Assembly (NCBI RefSeq): GCF_006345805.1
Contig: NC_043006.1
Location: forward strand, 39,184,001 to 39,248,000
DNA length: 64,000 bases
Direction: 5' to 3'
Source: Octopus sinensis
Taxonomy: Eukaryota
Every line of letters starts with the position of its first letter. The stretch's first letter is position 1. A model generated the notes under the pieces. That model was not told where the DNA came from. It worked only from the letters and a program-made list of their open reading frames with translations, and did not search any database. Both the position numbers and the translations under genes were made by a program. Below are positions 1 through 13,269 of the stretch, one piece after another.

Positions 1-175
1 TGTGTGTGTGTGTGTGTGTGTGCGTGCGTGTGTGTGTGTATGTATGTATGTATGTATGTATGTATGTATGTATGTATGTATGTATGTATGTATGTATTAT
101 GTATGTATGTGTGGTGTGTGTGTGTGTGCGTGCGTGTGTGTGTGTATGTAGTATGTATGTATGTATGTATGTATG

Positions 176-207
<32 letters not shown>

Positions 208-775
208 TGTATGTATGTATGTATGTATGTATGTATGTGTGTATGTATGTATGTGTGTGTGTGTGTGTGTGTGTGCGTGCGTGTGTGTGTGTATGTATGT
301 ATGTATGTATGTATGTATGTATGTATGTATGTATGTATGTATGTATGTATGTATGTGTGTATGTATGTATGTGGTGTGTGTGTGTGTGTGTTGCGTGCGT
401 GGTGTGTGTGTATGTATGTATGTATGTATGTATGTAGGTATGTATGTATGTATGTATGTATGTATGTATGTGTGTATGTATGTATGTGTGGTGTGTGTGT
501 GTGCGTGCGTGTGTGTGTGTATGTATGTATGTGTATGTATGTATGTATGTATGATGTATGTATGTATGATGTATGTATGTATGTATGGTGTGTGTGTGTG
601 TGTGTGTGCGTGCGTGCGTGTGTGTGTGTATGTATGTATGTATGTATGTAGTATGTATGTATGTATGTGTGTATGTATGTATGTGTGTGTGTGTGTGTGT
701 GTGTGCGTGCGTGTGTGTGTGTATGTATGTATGTATGTATGTATGTATGTATGTATTATGTATGTATGTATGTCA
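1..775. repeat. Compound (TGTA)n/(TG)n microsatellite with higher-order blocks
   Basis: Alternating TGTA runs and (TG)n-CGTGCG-(TG)n blocks; accounts for the MYVC/CVCV ORFs. Confidence 0.97.
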
Positions 776-875
776 ATACATCCTTAGCGATTTTGCACAC
801 AGATAGGAAGCCGTTGATTTTCGTAGTTTTTTTTTGCGGAAAGCTAAATGGTGTGATTTGTACAGCGGTGTGACA

Positions 876-1198
876 GTAAGAGGGATTAAGCTTATGCAAG
901 AGCCTATGCAAAAGGAATTAAAAAGCATAATAGATTAAGCCTATATAAGAGCGATTAAGCCTATGTAAGAGGGATGTATATATGAGGGACTAAACTTATG
1001 TAAGAGGGATTAAGCCTATGTAAAAGGGATTAAGAGTATGATGGATTAAGCCTATATAGGAGGAATTAAACCTATGTAAGAGGGATTGAGAGTATGTATG
1101 AGGGATGAAGACTATGTAAAAGGGATTAAGACTATGTAAGTGAGATTAAGCTGACGTATGAGGGATAAAACCTATGTAAGAGGGATTAAGCCTATATA
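876..1198. repeat. Degenerate ~20-bp minisatellite (AAGAGGGATTAAGCCTATGT)
   Basis: More than 10 imperfect tandem copies visible. Confidence 0.85.
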
Positions 1199-1293
1199 AC
1201 ACACACATACACGAACACACACACATACACACACATACACACACAATGCGCGCACATACATACACGTACATTCACAAACACCTAAGTACTAAG

Positions 1294-1418
1294 GAGGCAT
1301 ATTCACATAACGAGGCATAATCACATAACGAGGCATATTCACATAACGAGGCATATTCACATAACGAGGCATATTCACATAACGAGGCATATTCACATAA
1401 CGAGGCATATTCATATAC
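1294..1418. repeat. 18-bp minisatellite (GAGGCATATTCACATAAC) x~7
   Basis: Six full copies plus one partial copy; one substitution in copy 2. Confidence 0.95.
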
Positions 1419-1467
1419 GTGTAGGCTCATAAATCTACATATATACACACACTAACTCAACCACATA

Positions 1468-1700
1468 TAGAGGTGGACAAAAGTCACCCGACAGTAAATC
1501 AAAATTCCATAAGCACTATCTGTAATTCTGTATGGACTTGAATGGGAAAATGTCTCGCACCAGAAGGACATCAGTTTGAACAATTTTCATGATGTTTCAT
1601 ATTTAGATGCTTTTATTGAATTCATTCAGTTGCTAAACATAAATTGATCTTGGAATTAAATGGTTTTGATTTACTGTCAGGTGACTTTTGGCCAACCCGG
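1468..1700. mobile_element. Tc1/mariner-type MITE
   Basis: ~37-bp imperfect TIRs (TAGAGGTGGACAAAAGTCACCCGACAGTAAATCAAAA versus reverse complement CCGGGTTGGCCAAAAGTCACCTGACAGTAAATCAAAA), flanked by TA at 1466-1467 and 1701-1702; no ORF. Confidence 0.75.
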
Positions 1701-1829
1701 TATTTACAAACCCCGAGAATTATTGTCTTAATTCTCGTTACTTTGATAGCAACGGGCTTAATCTCCTGAAAGAAGAACTTGGATAAACCTCAACGAGGAC
1801 ATATCCGTGCATGTTCGACGGGCTTCCTC

Positions 1830-1985
1830 ACAGTTTCTGTCTACCAAAAGGACTCACAAGACATTTGTCGGCCCGAATCAATAGTAGAAGATATTTGCTC
1901 AAGCTGCTGCGCAGTGGGACTGAACCCGAAACCACATGGTTGAAAAAGAAACTTCTTAATCGTTCAAACATGCCTGTATCTTGTA
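1830..1985 (-). mobile_element. SINE family A, head fragment
   Basis: Diverged reverse-complement match to the 5' half of the copy at 2115-2562. Confidence 0.75.
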
Positions 1986-2114
1986 TATAAATCAGAGGCG
2001 TTTCCAGGTCATTAGCGTCACTCGGGATCATCACAGATTTCGTCCCAAAGGGCTTATTTTTTATATCTAGCACACTATGGCTTTCTCCATTTTAAAGTTA
2101 AGGGTAAAAATAAA

Positions 2115-2282
2115 GCAGGAGTGGCTGTGTGGTAAGTAGCTTGCTAACCAACCACATGGTTCCGGGTTCAGTCCCACTGCGTGGCATCTTGGGCAAGTGT
2201 CTTCTGCTAAAGCCCCGGGCCGACCAATGCCTTGTCAGTGGATTTGATAGACGGAAACTGAAAGAAGCCTGTCGTATATATG

Positions 2283-2354
<72 letters not shown>

Positions 2355-2562
2355 TGTGTGTGTGTTTGTCTCCCTAGCATTGCTTGACAACCGATGCTGG
2401 TGTGTTTACGTCCCCGTAACTTAGCGGTTCGGCAAAAGAGACCGATAGAATAAGTACTGGGCTTACAAAGAATAAGTCCCGGGGTAGATTTGCTCGACTA
2501 AAGGCGGTGCTCCAGCATGGCCGCAGTCAAATGACTGAAACAAGTAAAAGAGAGTAAAGAGT
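2115..2562 (+). mobile_element. tRNA-derived SINE family A, full length, with internal microsatellite
   Basis: A box TGGCTGTGTGG, B box GGTTCAGTCC, CORE-like CTTGGGCAAGT motif, central (TA)n(TG)n, conserved 3' half ending ...CCGCAGTCAAATGACTGAAACAAGTAAAAGAG; many copies in the window. Confidence 0.9.
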
Positions 2563-3246
2563 AACCCAGCAAAACACAACTGATCTTTACACACAAACGC
2601 ACATAATAACAGGAGTCAAATGACGACAGCAGAATGCACAACAAATATCAGCGATCTAACAGTCGCTTAGTTTTTACCCAGTTGCTGGATGACAGCAATC
2701 AAATAACAACAGTGGAGTGCACAACAAACATCGGCGAAAAGACTGACGCCTTCTACTCTTGACAAGAGATGTCAGTAAGTCTTTTATACCTACCAGGCTC
2801 GTTCGTATTAGCCCGAGTTGCTGGATAATTTTTCGTTCCTTTAAGAATATTGTAGAACGGCAACTTTTCATAGATTGGAATTTAAATCCTAATCTCTATA
2901 GAAGTTCATTATTTCAAGAAAACATTGAATTTGAATTACTTTTAATTTTTACGATTATAGATAACAACTCGGACTGTAACTTCTGAGCCCGAGTCAGGCG
3001 CATGGGAACAATGTCGAGAGAACGTCTGCAACAAATACTGTTTTTTAACATTGGGCACCACTTCGACGACCGCCAGACGCTGAACGAAAATAAAGAAAGT
3101 GCGACCAGGCTCAATAAAAGAAGCCCAAGTTATTGTTTGCAATTACATACTTGAAGTCAGTTTTGGCAGAATACACTTTACTAAATTGATACTTGGGATA
3201 AGTGTGAACAACCCGTGTGCCGGAGTCGCCGCTGGTATAAATATAT

Positions 3247-3890
3247 CTTTATCTTTTATCTTGCTTCAGTCATTTGACTGTGGCCATGCAGGAACACCGC
3301 CTTTTCGTCGAAGAAATCGACCCCAGGACTTATTCTTTGCAAGCTTAGTGCTTATTCTATCAGTGTCTTTTGTCGAACCGCTAAGTTATGGGGATGCAAA
3401 CAGACCAATATTGGATGTCAAGCGAAGGTGGAGTGAGGGAAAACACAGACACAAAGACACACACATGAAAAAAAAATATATATGTATGTATGTATTTGTC
3501 TGTGTTTGTTCTCCCACCATCGCTTGACAACCGATGTTGGTGCGTTTATGTCCCCTTAACTTAGCGGTTCGACAAAAGATACAGATAGATTAAGCACTAG
3601 GTTTACAGAGAATAAGTCTTAGGGTCGATTTCTTTGACAAAAGTCGGTGCTCCAGCGTGGCCACAGTCAAATGACTGAAGCAAGTAAAAGAAAAGAGTGC
3701 ATACACACACACACATATATATATATACGACGAGCTTCTTTTAGTTTCCGTCTACCAAATCCACTCACAAGGCTTTTGTCGGCCCGAGGCTATAGTAGAA
3801 GGAACGTACTCAAGTTGCTTTGCAGTGGGGCTGAACCCAGAACCATGTGGTTGGGAAGCAAGCTTCTTACCACAGCCACGCATGCGCCTA
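3247..3890 (-). mobile_element. SINE family A (-) with a nested (+) family A 3' half (~3495-3696) in its microsatellite
   Basis: Tail 3247-3465 and head ~3720-3890 are on the minus strand and are separated by an opposite-orientation tail. Confidence 0.75.
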
Positions 3891-4165
3891 TATGAAGCTG
3901 CTGTTGTTATTTATCCGCAATCAACCCTGATGAAGCAAACGTATGTTCAAAGACGTTCTAACCGTGACCATTCTGTAATTTTCCTGTGTCCTATGCATCC
4001 AGGACCGCTTTACCCGACATGTCATTTTCAGACGGCTGTGAGTGATTTGATGGAAATTTGGTTGTTATTTCTAGCAGGAGGAGCGATCACGTTGATGCTC
4101 CTTCATTGGCTCGAAAATGAATGTTAGTATAGAGCGTGGGTTACACGTGAATGGACGATGGATTA

Positions 4166-4772
4166 AGATATGGCAGTGTGTGTGTGTGTGTGTGCGTGTG
4201 TGCGTGCGCGCGTGTGGGTGCGTGTGTGTGTGTGTGTGAATTTATAATATACAAGAGAGAAAGAAAGAAAGAACGTTGAACAAGGTGTGGAAGGAAGAGA
4301 GGAAAAGAGAGAAGGAGAAAAGAAAACAAGCGATTGATAGAAAGAAAAAATGCTAACGGAGAATAAAATTGATTGTGTGTGTGTGCGTTTGTGTGTGTGC
4401 GTGTGTGTGTGTGAGCATGTGTGTGTGTGTGCATGTGCTTGTGTGTGAGTGTGTGTTTCTGTGTGTGAGCGTGTGTGTGTGTGTGTGTGCATGCGTGTGT
4501 GAGCGTGTGTGTGTGTGTGCACTCGTGAGTGCGTGTATGTGCGTATGTGTGTATATATACTATGTGTGTGTGTGCATATAAGCATGTGTGTGTGTGTGAG
4601 TGTATGTGTGCGTGAGTGTGTATATGCACGTGTCTCTGTGTGTGTGTGAGTGCATGTCTATATGTGCATTTTTGTGTGTGCGTGTGCGTGGGTGTCTGTA
4701 TATGTCTGTGTGCCTGTGTATATGTGTATATGTGCATGCGTGTGAGCGTGAGTGTGTGTGTGTGTGTGTATT
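4166..4772. repeat. (TG)n-rich low-complexity tract with a purine-rich spacer
   Basis: Direct inspection. Confidence 0.9.
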
Positions 4773-5060
4773 TATAAATTCTGTTGTAAAGCATAAAAAC
4801 GCAAATTCATCAACTGTTGTCGCTGTTATTGTTTAGCCCCAGGTCAGCCATAACTGAGTCTTCCAGCCGTGACGTCTTCATCGCACTCTTTAGGACTATA
4901 CCAAAAGAAACCATTATCCAATTGGTTGTTTCCATTTGTAAGAGTGTAGGGAATGTTGGAAATGTGGCTGTTATTTCTAGCAATAACATAAATCCCGATC
5001 TTTTCACAGCGGTCCCCAACCGTTTTATTTAAACGAGAATTACTACCGACACCTTTTAAT

Positions 5061-5093
<33 letters not shown>

Positions 5094-5099
5094 CATATG

Positions 5100-5138
<39 letters not shown>

Positions 5139-5148
5139 ATATATATAG

Positions 5149-5530
5149 GTGTAGGAGTGGCGGTGTGGTAAGTAGCTTGCTTATGAACCACATGTTTGTG
5201 GGTTCAGTCCCACTGCGTGGCACCTTGGGCAAGTGTCTTCTACTATAGCTTCGGGCCGACCAAAGCCTTTAGAGTGGATTTGGTAGACGGAAACTGAAAA
5301 GAAGCTCGTCGTATATATGTATATATATGTGTGTCTGTGTTTGTCATCCCAACATCGCTTGACAAACGATGCTGGTGTGTTTACGTCCCCGTAACTTAGC
5401 GGTTCAGCAAAAGATACCGATAGAATAAGTACTAGGCTTAAAAAGAATAAATCTTGGGGTTGATTTACTCGACTAAAGGTGGTGCTCCAGTATGGCGGCA
5501 GTCAAATTACTGAAACAAGTAAATAAGTAA
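5149..5530 (+). mobile_element. SINE family A, full length
   Basis: Head, CORE-like motif and tail all match 2115-2562. Confidence 0.88.
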
Positions 5531-5689
5531 AGACTATATATATATATGCATATATAGACAGTACCACCTTTGCGAACCACCAAAGGGTCCGCGGAACCCA
5601 GATTGAGAACCACTGACATAAATGAACTATCGTTATGTATGTGTGTGTGTGTGTGTGTGCGTACGTATGTATGTGCGTACACGCACACA

Positions 5690-5865
5690 CACACATTCAT
5701 ATACGACAGGCTTCTTTCAGGTTCCGTCTACGAAATCCACTCTCAAGGGTTTGGTCGGCCTGAAGCTGTAGAAGACACTTCCCCAAGGTGCCACGCAGTG
5801 AGACTAAACCAAGAACCATATGGTTGGGAAGCAAGCTTCTTACCACACAGCCACTCCTGCGCCTA

Positions 5866-5902
<37 letters not shown>

Positions 5903-6130
5903 CGTAACACATATACGTACGTACATATATCGAAACACACATACATATCTACACACATATACATGTATGTATGCATGTATGAATCAGTTTGTGTCAGTGT
6001 AGGCAATGCTGTATGGCTAAGAATCTTTCTCCCCAACCACTCGTTTCCGGGTCCAATTTCACTGCGTGGCGGCTTGGGCAAGTGTCTTCTACAGCAGTCC
6101 CGATAAATAGAAACTGTAAGAAACTTCTCG
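5690..6130. mobile_element. Two divergent SINE family A head fragments (5690-5867 on -, 5995-6130 on +)
   Basis: Both match the family A 5' half. Confidence 0.7.
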
Positions 6131-6615
6131 TGTATGTGTATGTATATGTGTGTGTGTGTAAGTGCGAAAGAGAGTGAGAGAGAGAGAAAGAGAGAGAGAG
6201 TATTGGCGTTTCTTTGTCATGATATCACGTGTTTGTTGTAAACGAAAGTCACCAATGTACAAGCAGTGTCCTTCGTCTCCGAACACTAACGAAAACATGA
6301 CCAGTCGTGGCGAAATATTACCTTACTTTGAAACAGGTGAGGGCAGGCGACAAGAAAAGCACCCATCCTGAGAAATTCTGCTTCAACAAATTACGTCTGA
6401 CCCATGCGGACATCGGGAAGTGGACGTTAAAACGATGATAATGACGATGGCGTATGTATTTATATATACCGTTATGTATACGTGTATGTTCTTACATGCT
6501 CAGATACGTGTGTATGTGATAATGCGGTTACATATGCAGTAGAGTGTGCGTGTGTGTGTGTATGCGTGTGTTACATACATACATACACACACACATACAC
6601 ACACACACGCACACA

Positions 6616-6689
<74 letters not shown>

Positions 6690-6946
6690 GGTTTTGGCTG
6701 TCGTTATTGTTGCCCAAACCTAGACTCTTGATCAAAAGGTGTTCCAAGCGCGACCATTCCTCCTTTGCTCAGCCATGTCATATCTAGAACTACAAGTCTG
6801 CAAATTGGCAGAACTGTTGGAGCACCTGGCATGTCTATATGTTCCGACACTCTGCGCTCTCTGTTGAAATCTTGCCAACGTCAGCTGATCGTCACCTTTC
6901 AGCTGGGTGGAGGGGTGGATGGCGGCTGATTAATTAACTTCCCCTT

Positions 6947-7480
6947 CTTCTTCTTCTTCTTCTTCTTCTTCTTCTTCTTCTTCATTCGTTTTCTTCCATT
7001 TTCTTCTCCTTCCCTCCTCCTCCTCCTCCTCCCACCACCACCACCACCACCACCACCTCCACCACCTCTACCACCACCACCACCACCACCACCACCACCA
7101 CCACCACCTCCTTCTCCTCCGCTACCACCCCACGCACCCAACCACCACCACACCACACCACACCAACACAACCACCACACTACCCCCGTCCCATTTCTCC
7201 TCTCCTCCTCCGCCTCTTTCCTCTCCTTTCCATTCTTCTTTCTCTTCCTCCTTTCTTCCCCCTCCTCCTCCTCCTTCTCTTTCTTTCTTTCTTTCTTCTT
7301 ATTCTTCTTCATCATCAGCTTCACTTTCTTCATTTTCACGTTCCTCCTCCTCCTCCCCTTCTTCCCCACTCCGCTTCTTCTTCTTCTTCTTCTTCTGCCT
7401 CTCCTCCCCTTCCACTTCGCCTCCGCTTCTTCTATTTCCTCTCCCTCCTCCCTCTCCTTCTTCTTCCTGCCCTCCCCCAC
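6947..7480. repeat. (CTT)n/(CCT)n/(CCA)n polypyrimidine tract
   Basis: Direct inspection; accounts for the Gly/Lys/Glu-rich ORF 6899-7480. Confidence 0.92.
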
Positions 7481-7770
7481 CTTCTCTTTAACGTGTCTCT
7501 AATTCAAATGTTCGACCTTGCGAGATCGCATCAGATGCAGGCCATTCGGTTCCCCGTTGCTGTGGAATGCTCTCATTCCCTTCGTATGAATAAGAGTTTT
7601 CTTCTAGCAAACGTAAGATCCTCGTCGAAATAGACGGAACATCTCACATCTATGAAGATTATAGTCAACGCACCTGTCGATTTCAAGGTGTTTATTGAGG
7701 AAGAATTCGCTGCTATTTCTTGCTGACATTTAATATGTTCGAAGTGTGTATTTGTACGTTGGTGTACATC

Positions 7771-10270
7771 TGTGTGTGTGTGTGTATGTGAATTAAGTGA
7801 TCGCGCACGCGCGCACACACGCATTCAGATTCACACGCACATTCAGATTCACACACACATTCACACAGATTCACACGCGCACATTCAGATTCACGCACAC
7901 ACACACACAAACAAGAACACAAACACATTTACAGACACACACATTCACTCAAACACTCATATTCACACACACACAAACACACACACACAAACTCACATTC
8001 ACATGCGCCCACGCACACATGCACACACACACACACACACACACGCTTTCACACACGTACACACACATAGGCACGCGCACACATACGCACACGGAGTTCT
8101 GTAATAGTGTTCGAGTATGTATAAAATAAAACGTAATGTACTTGCTTAAACACACATACACATACACACATACACACATACATACACATACACATACACA
8201 TACACACAAGAATAAGAGAACATATACATTATTTATTCTTTCATTCTTGTATTCTACGTTTCAGCCCAGAGGCTACGCTCATGCTGGGGCACCACCAGTA
8301 ACAATAACCATAATGTATATATACACACTTATATATCTATATATGAAATATAATAATACTATGTATATATACACACACACACATATTTACATACATATAC
8401 ATGCATACATATACACACATGTGCACGCATGCATATACACACATACACACACGCACGCACGCACATACATATACTTACACGCATATACACACACATATAT
8501 ACATATACACATACGCACACATATATAGAAGCGTATACATGTACACACATATACACCCACGCACACATGCATACACATACACACCATATATATATATTTA
8601 CATACATATACATACATACATACACATATCTACATACAATATATGCACATATACACACACGCTCGTACATACATATACTGACACGCATATACACATATTT
8701 ACAAAACGTATACATGTACACACATATACATGGATACATATAAACGCACACACACACACATATATGCATACATACACACATATACATGCATACAAATACA
8801 TACATATACACCCACGCACACACATACACACACACATATATATTTATATACATTTACATACATACACATATCTGCATAGATACATATACACACACGCACG
8901 TACATGCATATACTGACACACATATACACACACATTTATACAAACGTATACATGTACACACATATACATGCATACATACACACATATACATGCATACAAA
9001 TACACACATATACACTCACGCACGCACACACATACACACACACACATATATATATATAAACATACATATGCATACATACACACATATGTACATGCATACA
9101 AATAACACATATATACCCACGCGCGCACACACACACACCACACGCTTTCACACACGTACACACACATAGGCACGCGCACACATACGCACACGGAGTTCTG
9201 TAATAGTGTTCGAGTATGTATAAAATAAAACGTAATGTACTTGCTTAAACACACATACACATACACACATACACACATACATACACATACACATACACAT
9301 ACAACACAAGAATAAGAGAACATATACATTATTTATTCTTTCATTCTTGTATTCTACGTTTCAGCCCAGAGGCTACGCTCATGCTGGGGCACCACCAAAC
9401 AATAACCATAATGTATATATACACACTTATATATCTATTATGAAATATAATAATACTATGTATATATACACACACACACATATTTACATACATATACATG
9501 CATACATATACACACATGTGCACGCATGCATATCACCATACACACACCACGCACGCACATACATATACATACACTTACACGCATATACACACACATATAT
9601 ACATATACACATACGCACACATATATAGAAGCGTATACATGTACACACATATACACCCACGCACACATGCATACACATACACACACATATATATATATAT
9701 TTACATACATATACATACATACATACACATATCTACATACATACATATGCACATATACACACACGCTCGTACATACATATACTGACACGCATATACACAT
9801 ATTTACACAAACGTATACATGTACACACATATACATGGATACATATAAACGCACACACACACACATATATGCATACATACACACATATACATGCATACAA
9901 ATACATACATATACACCCACGCACACACATACACACACACATATATATTTTATACATTTACATACATACACATATCTGCATAGATACATATACACACACA
10001 CGTACATGCATATACTGACACACATATACACACCCATTTATACAACGTATACATGTACACCATATACATGCATACATACACACATATACATGCATACAAA
10101 TACACACATATACACTCACGCACGCACACACATACACACACACACATATATATATATAAACATACATATGCATACATACACACATATGTACATGCATACA
10201 AATACACACATATATACCCACGCGCGCACACACACACACACACACATACATCTACACCCACGCACGCACA
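7771..10270. repeat. (CA)/(TA) low-complexity region containing a ~1.1-kb tandem duplication
   Basis: The unique anchor GGAGTTCTGTAATAGTGTTCGAG occurs at ~8093 and ~9192, with the same downstream sequence in both. Confidence 0.85.
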
Positions 10271-10729
10271 CATATAATCGACATTCGCTACACGATTATA
10301 ATGTTCCCTTTTATTCTTTTCCAGAATGTCGGTTAAAATGCTGACAGATTCAAAATGAAAACGAAATAAAGCGCAACGATACAAATAAATAAATAATCGT
10401 ATAAAATAAATGGATAAAATTTGAGCAACAATGTTGGTGGATCTGCAAACGTCTATAATGGTTGGTTTAAAACTGAGAATCGCAATGAATCGACAGCGAG
10501 GAACATTACTTAAATAGATTCCAAGTATCCACACCCACGCACATACACGCTTAAAGACATACCTGGCTTTGCTAGCTTTGTGAGAAGAAGATGGTCGCTT
10601 GGTAAAAACTGTACGGCACCTTACGCTATTGCCTTGCACCAAAGGCTCGCGTCGACCAATATCTTTGTGAGTTAATTTGCTTGACGGAATATATGCGGAA
10701 TGTATATATTCTCTTATTTTATTCTTTTC

Positions 10730-11295
10730 TACTCTAGGCACAAGGCTCGAGATTTTTTTGGGAGAGGGGGTAGTCCATTATATCGATCCCAGTGTGTAAC
10801 TAGTACTTATTTAATCGATCCCGAAAGGATGAAAGACAAAGTCGACCTCAGCGGAATTTGAACCCAAAAAATAGACAGACGAAATATCAATTTCTTTACT
10901 GCCCACAAGGAGCTACACACAGATGTGGCAAACAAGGACAGTCAAACGGATTAAGTCGATTATATTGACCCCATTGCGTAACTGGTACTTATTTAATCGA
11001 CCCCGAAAGGATGAAAGGCAAAGTCGACCTCGGCGGAATTTGAACTCAGATAGCTGCAGACGAAATACCTATTTCTTTACTACCCACAAGGGGCTACACA
11101 GAGGGAACAAACAAGGACAGACAAACGGATTAAGTCGATTATATTGACCCCAGTGCGTAACTGGTACTTAATTTATCGACCCCGAAAGGATGAAAGGCAA
11201 AGTCGACCTCGGCGGAATTTGAACTCAGAACGTAACGGCAGACGAAATACGGCTACGCATTTCGCCCGGCGAACGTTTCTGTCAGATCGCCGTCT
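10730..11295 (-). mobile_element. tRNA-derived SINE family B, trimeric copy
   Basis: On the minus strand: tRNA-like head (B box GAGTTCAAATTCC), central GACTTTGCCTTTCATCCTTTCGGGGTCGAT...AAGTACCAG domain (resembles the Meta/MESC SINE domain, from memory), repeated three times. Confidence 0.88.
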
Positions 11296-11543
11296 TATTC
11301 TCTTCTTTTATTAATTATCTAAAGTTTTCCTCTGAAGAAGGATCTGGTTTCTAACGAAGATACGAAGCTCCATCGTTGGAATTTAGGTAACAAAAACGCA
11401 TTTTAAATTTGAGAAAAGTCTTGCATATTTTTATTGTTTGTATTTGTTATGTACTGGTTAGTCGGGTGCTTTCCTCTTCTGAAAACCCTAGCTTATGGAG
11501 ACTGTCACTTAGGCATTTACTTACACAGCCATGCTCACTAATT

Positions 11544-11931
11544 GGGTGGAAGCACTCCGTCGGTTACGACGACAAGGGTTCCGGTTGATCCGAATCAACG
11601 GAACAGCCTGCTCGTGAAATTAACGTGTAAGTGGATGAGCACTCCACAGACACGTGTACCCTTAACGTAGTTCTCGGGGATATTCAGCGTGACACAGAGA
11701 GTGACAAGGCCGGCCCTTTGAAATACAGGTACAAGAGAAACAGGAAGTAAGAGTGAGAGAAAGTTGTGGTGAAAGAGTACAGCAGGGATCATCACCATCC
11801 CCTGTCGGAGCCTCGTGGAGCTTTAGGTGTTTTCGCTCAATAAACACTCACAACGCCCGGTCTGGGAATCGAAACCGCGATCCTATGACCGCGAGTCCGC
11901 TGCCCTAACCACTGGGCCATTGCGACTCCAC
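11544..11931 (-). mobile_element. tRNA-derived SINE family C, full length, with 11-bp TSD
   Basis: Head GTGGAGTCGCAATGGCCCAGTGGTTAGG...GGTTTCGATTCC; TSD GCTCACTAATT at 11533-11543 and 11932-11942. Confidence 0.9.
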
Positions 11932-11952
11932 GCTCACTAATTACTAATGTTA

Positions 11953-12695
11953 TAAATGTGAATTTATAATCTGGATATACAAGGTGGAGCATTCAAAGTA
12001 GTTGTCCATAGTTATCTTCTTTTTCTTTGATTCTCAAGATATTCAAATTCACATGTCAGCTGACCTCTATGACGGTACATACTTTATCTTGTCTGTCCCA
12101 AATAACAATATCCGGCCTGTTATGCTTACATTTGACAAATGTTTTTGTGGCAATGTTCCACTAACATTCTTTGTGTTGATCTTTGTGTATGTACTCAATA
12201 ACAGAAGGGGGTTCTCTATATTTATTCTAGGACAGGCTTTTTTCGAATGTTATTGCATATTGTTTTGCCACATCTTCGTGTCGCATAGGGAGGTAGCGCC
12301 TTGATGACATTTCTGGGGTGCTCCTAATCACATATGTGACGTCTTTCACTGAAATATGTCACAATCTACATTTTCGGTGGCACACTGGAACTCCAATGAT
12401 TCTATTAGCTCTTTTGTTTAATAGGTATTTCGCAGTAATCTCCTGTTCTTGGATTGCAGAGGCATATCCTTATAAGTGTGATATGATCTAGTGTTCACGT
12501 GTCCCAGAAAGGCTACGCTTCATGTCAATGTTACTGTCTTCAAGTCTTCTAGAAACATAGTCATGCATGGCCCTTTCTTTGGTATACTGTATGTAAACAT
12601 TGCCTGGTTTATAAAACCACATCAAACGCCATGGTGGTTCTAAGGTGTAGGTACAGCAGATGGTCAGGCTCTGCATAGGGTGTAGACAACCACCA
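11953..12695 (-). mobile_element. Decayed RLE-type (R4/Dong-like) LINE 3' fragment
   Basis: Minus-strand translation gives GYASAIQEQEI, CRL..., RHEDVAK, RPDIVIWD and EKEDNYG, interrupted by stops. Confidence 0.65.
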
Positions 12696-12696
12696 T

Positions 12697-12748
12697 GTAT
12701 GTATATGTATGAAGGAAAGTATGTGTGTATATATATGTATATATATAA

Positions 12749-12791
<43 letters not shown>

Positions 12792-12952
12792 ATGTATATG
12801 TATATATATATACACACACATATACACATACACATATTTACACACACATATGTATATATACACACATGTATATATATACGCACACACACGCATATATATA
12901 TTTATATATATATACATATATACACATACACATATATATATACCTATATATG

Positions 12953-13025
<73 letters not shown>

Positions 13026-13180
13026 TTACATATATACATATATATGTATGTATATACATATATATGTATATATATATATACATATATATATGCATACATG
13101 CACACATATACATATACGCCCACATACATATAAACAAATACATATGCATACAGATATGTGTGCGTATGATGTGTATATTG
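12697..13180. repeat. (TA)n/(CATA)n microsatellite
   Basis: Direct inspection. Confidence 0.95.
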
Positions 13181-13269
13181 ATTATAATTGATATTGACTG
13201 TAGGTCCTATTTGAGATGGATAATTCACTTAGGTACAGATTAGTATACGTACTTGATATCGGTTTCAAC

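Noticed and set aside
1294-1418. 18-bp repeat considered as a CRISPR array
   Set aside because: No unique spacers and a eukaryotic context; it is a simple minisatellite.
2115-2185. tRNA-like A/B boxes in SINE heads
   Set aside because: They are followed by SINE bodies and lack complete cloverleafs; they are not tRNA genes.
3923-3965. CTGATGA-AGC..GTT-CAAA hammerhead-like string
   Set aside because: No GAAA box and no stem I.
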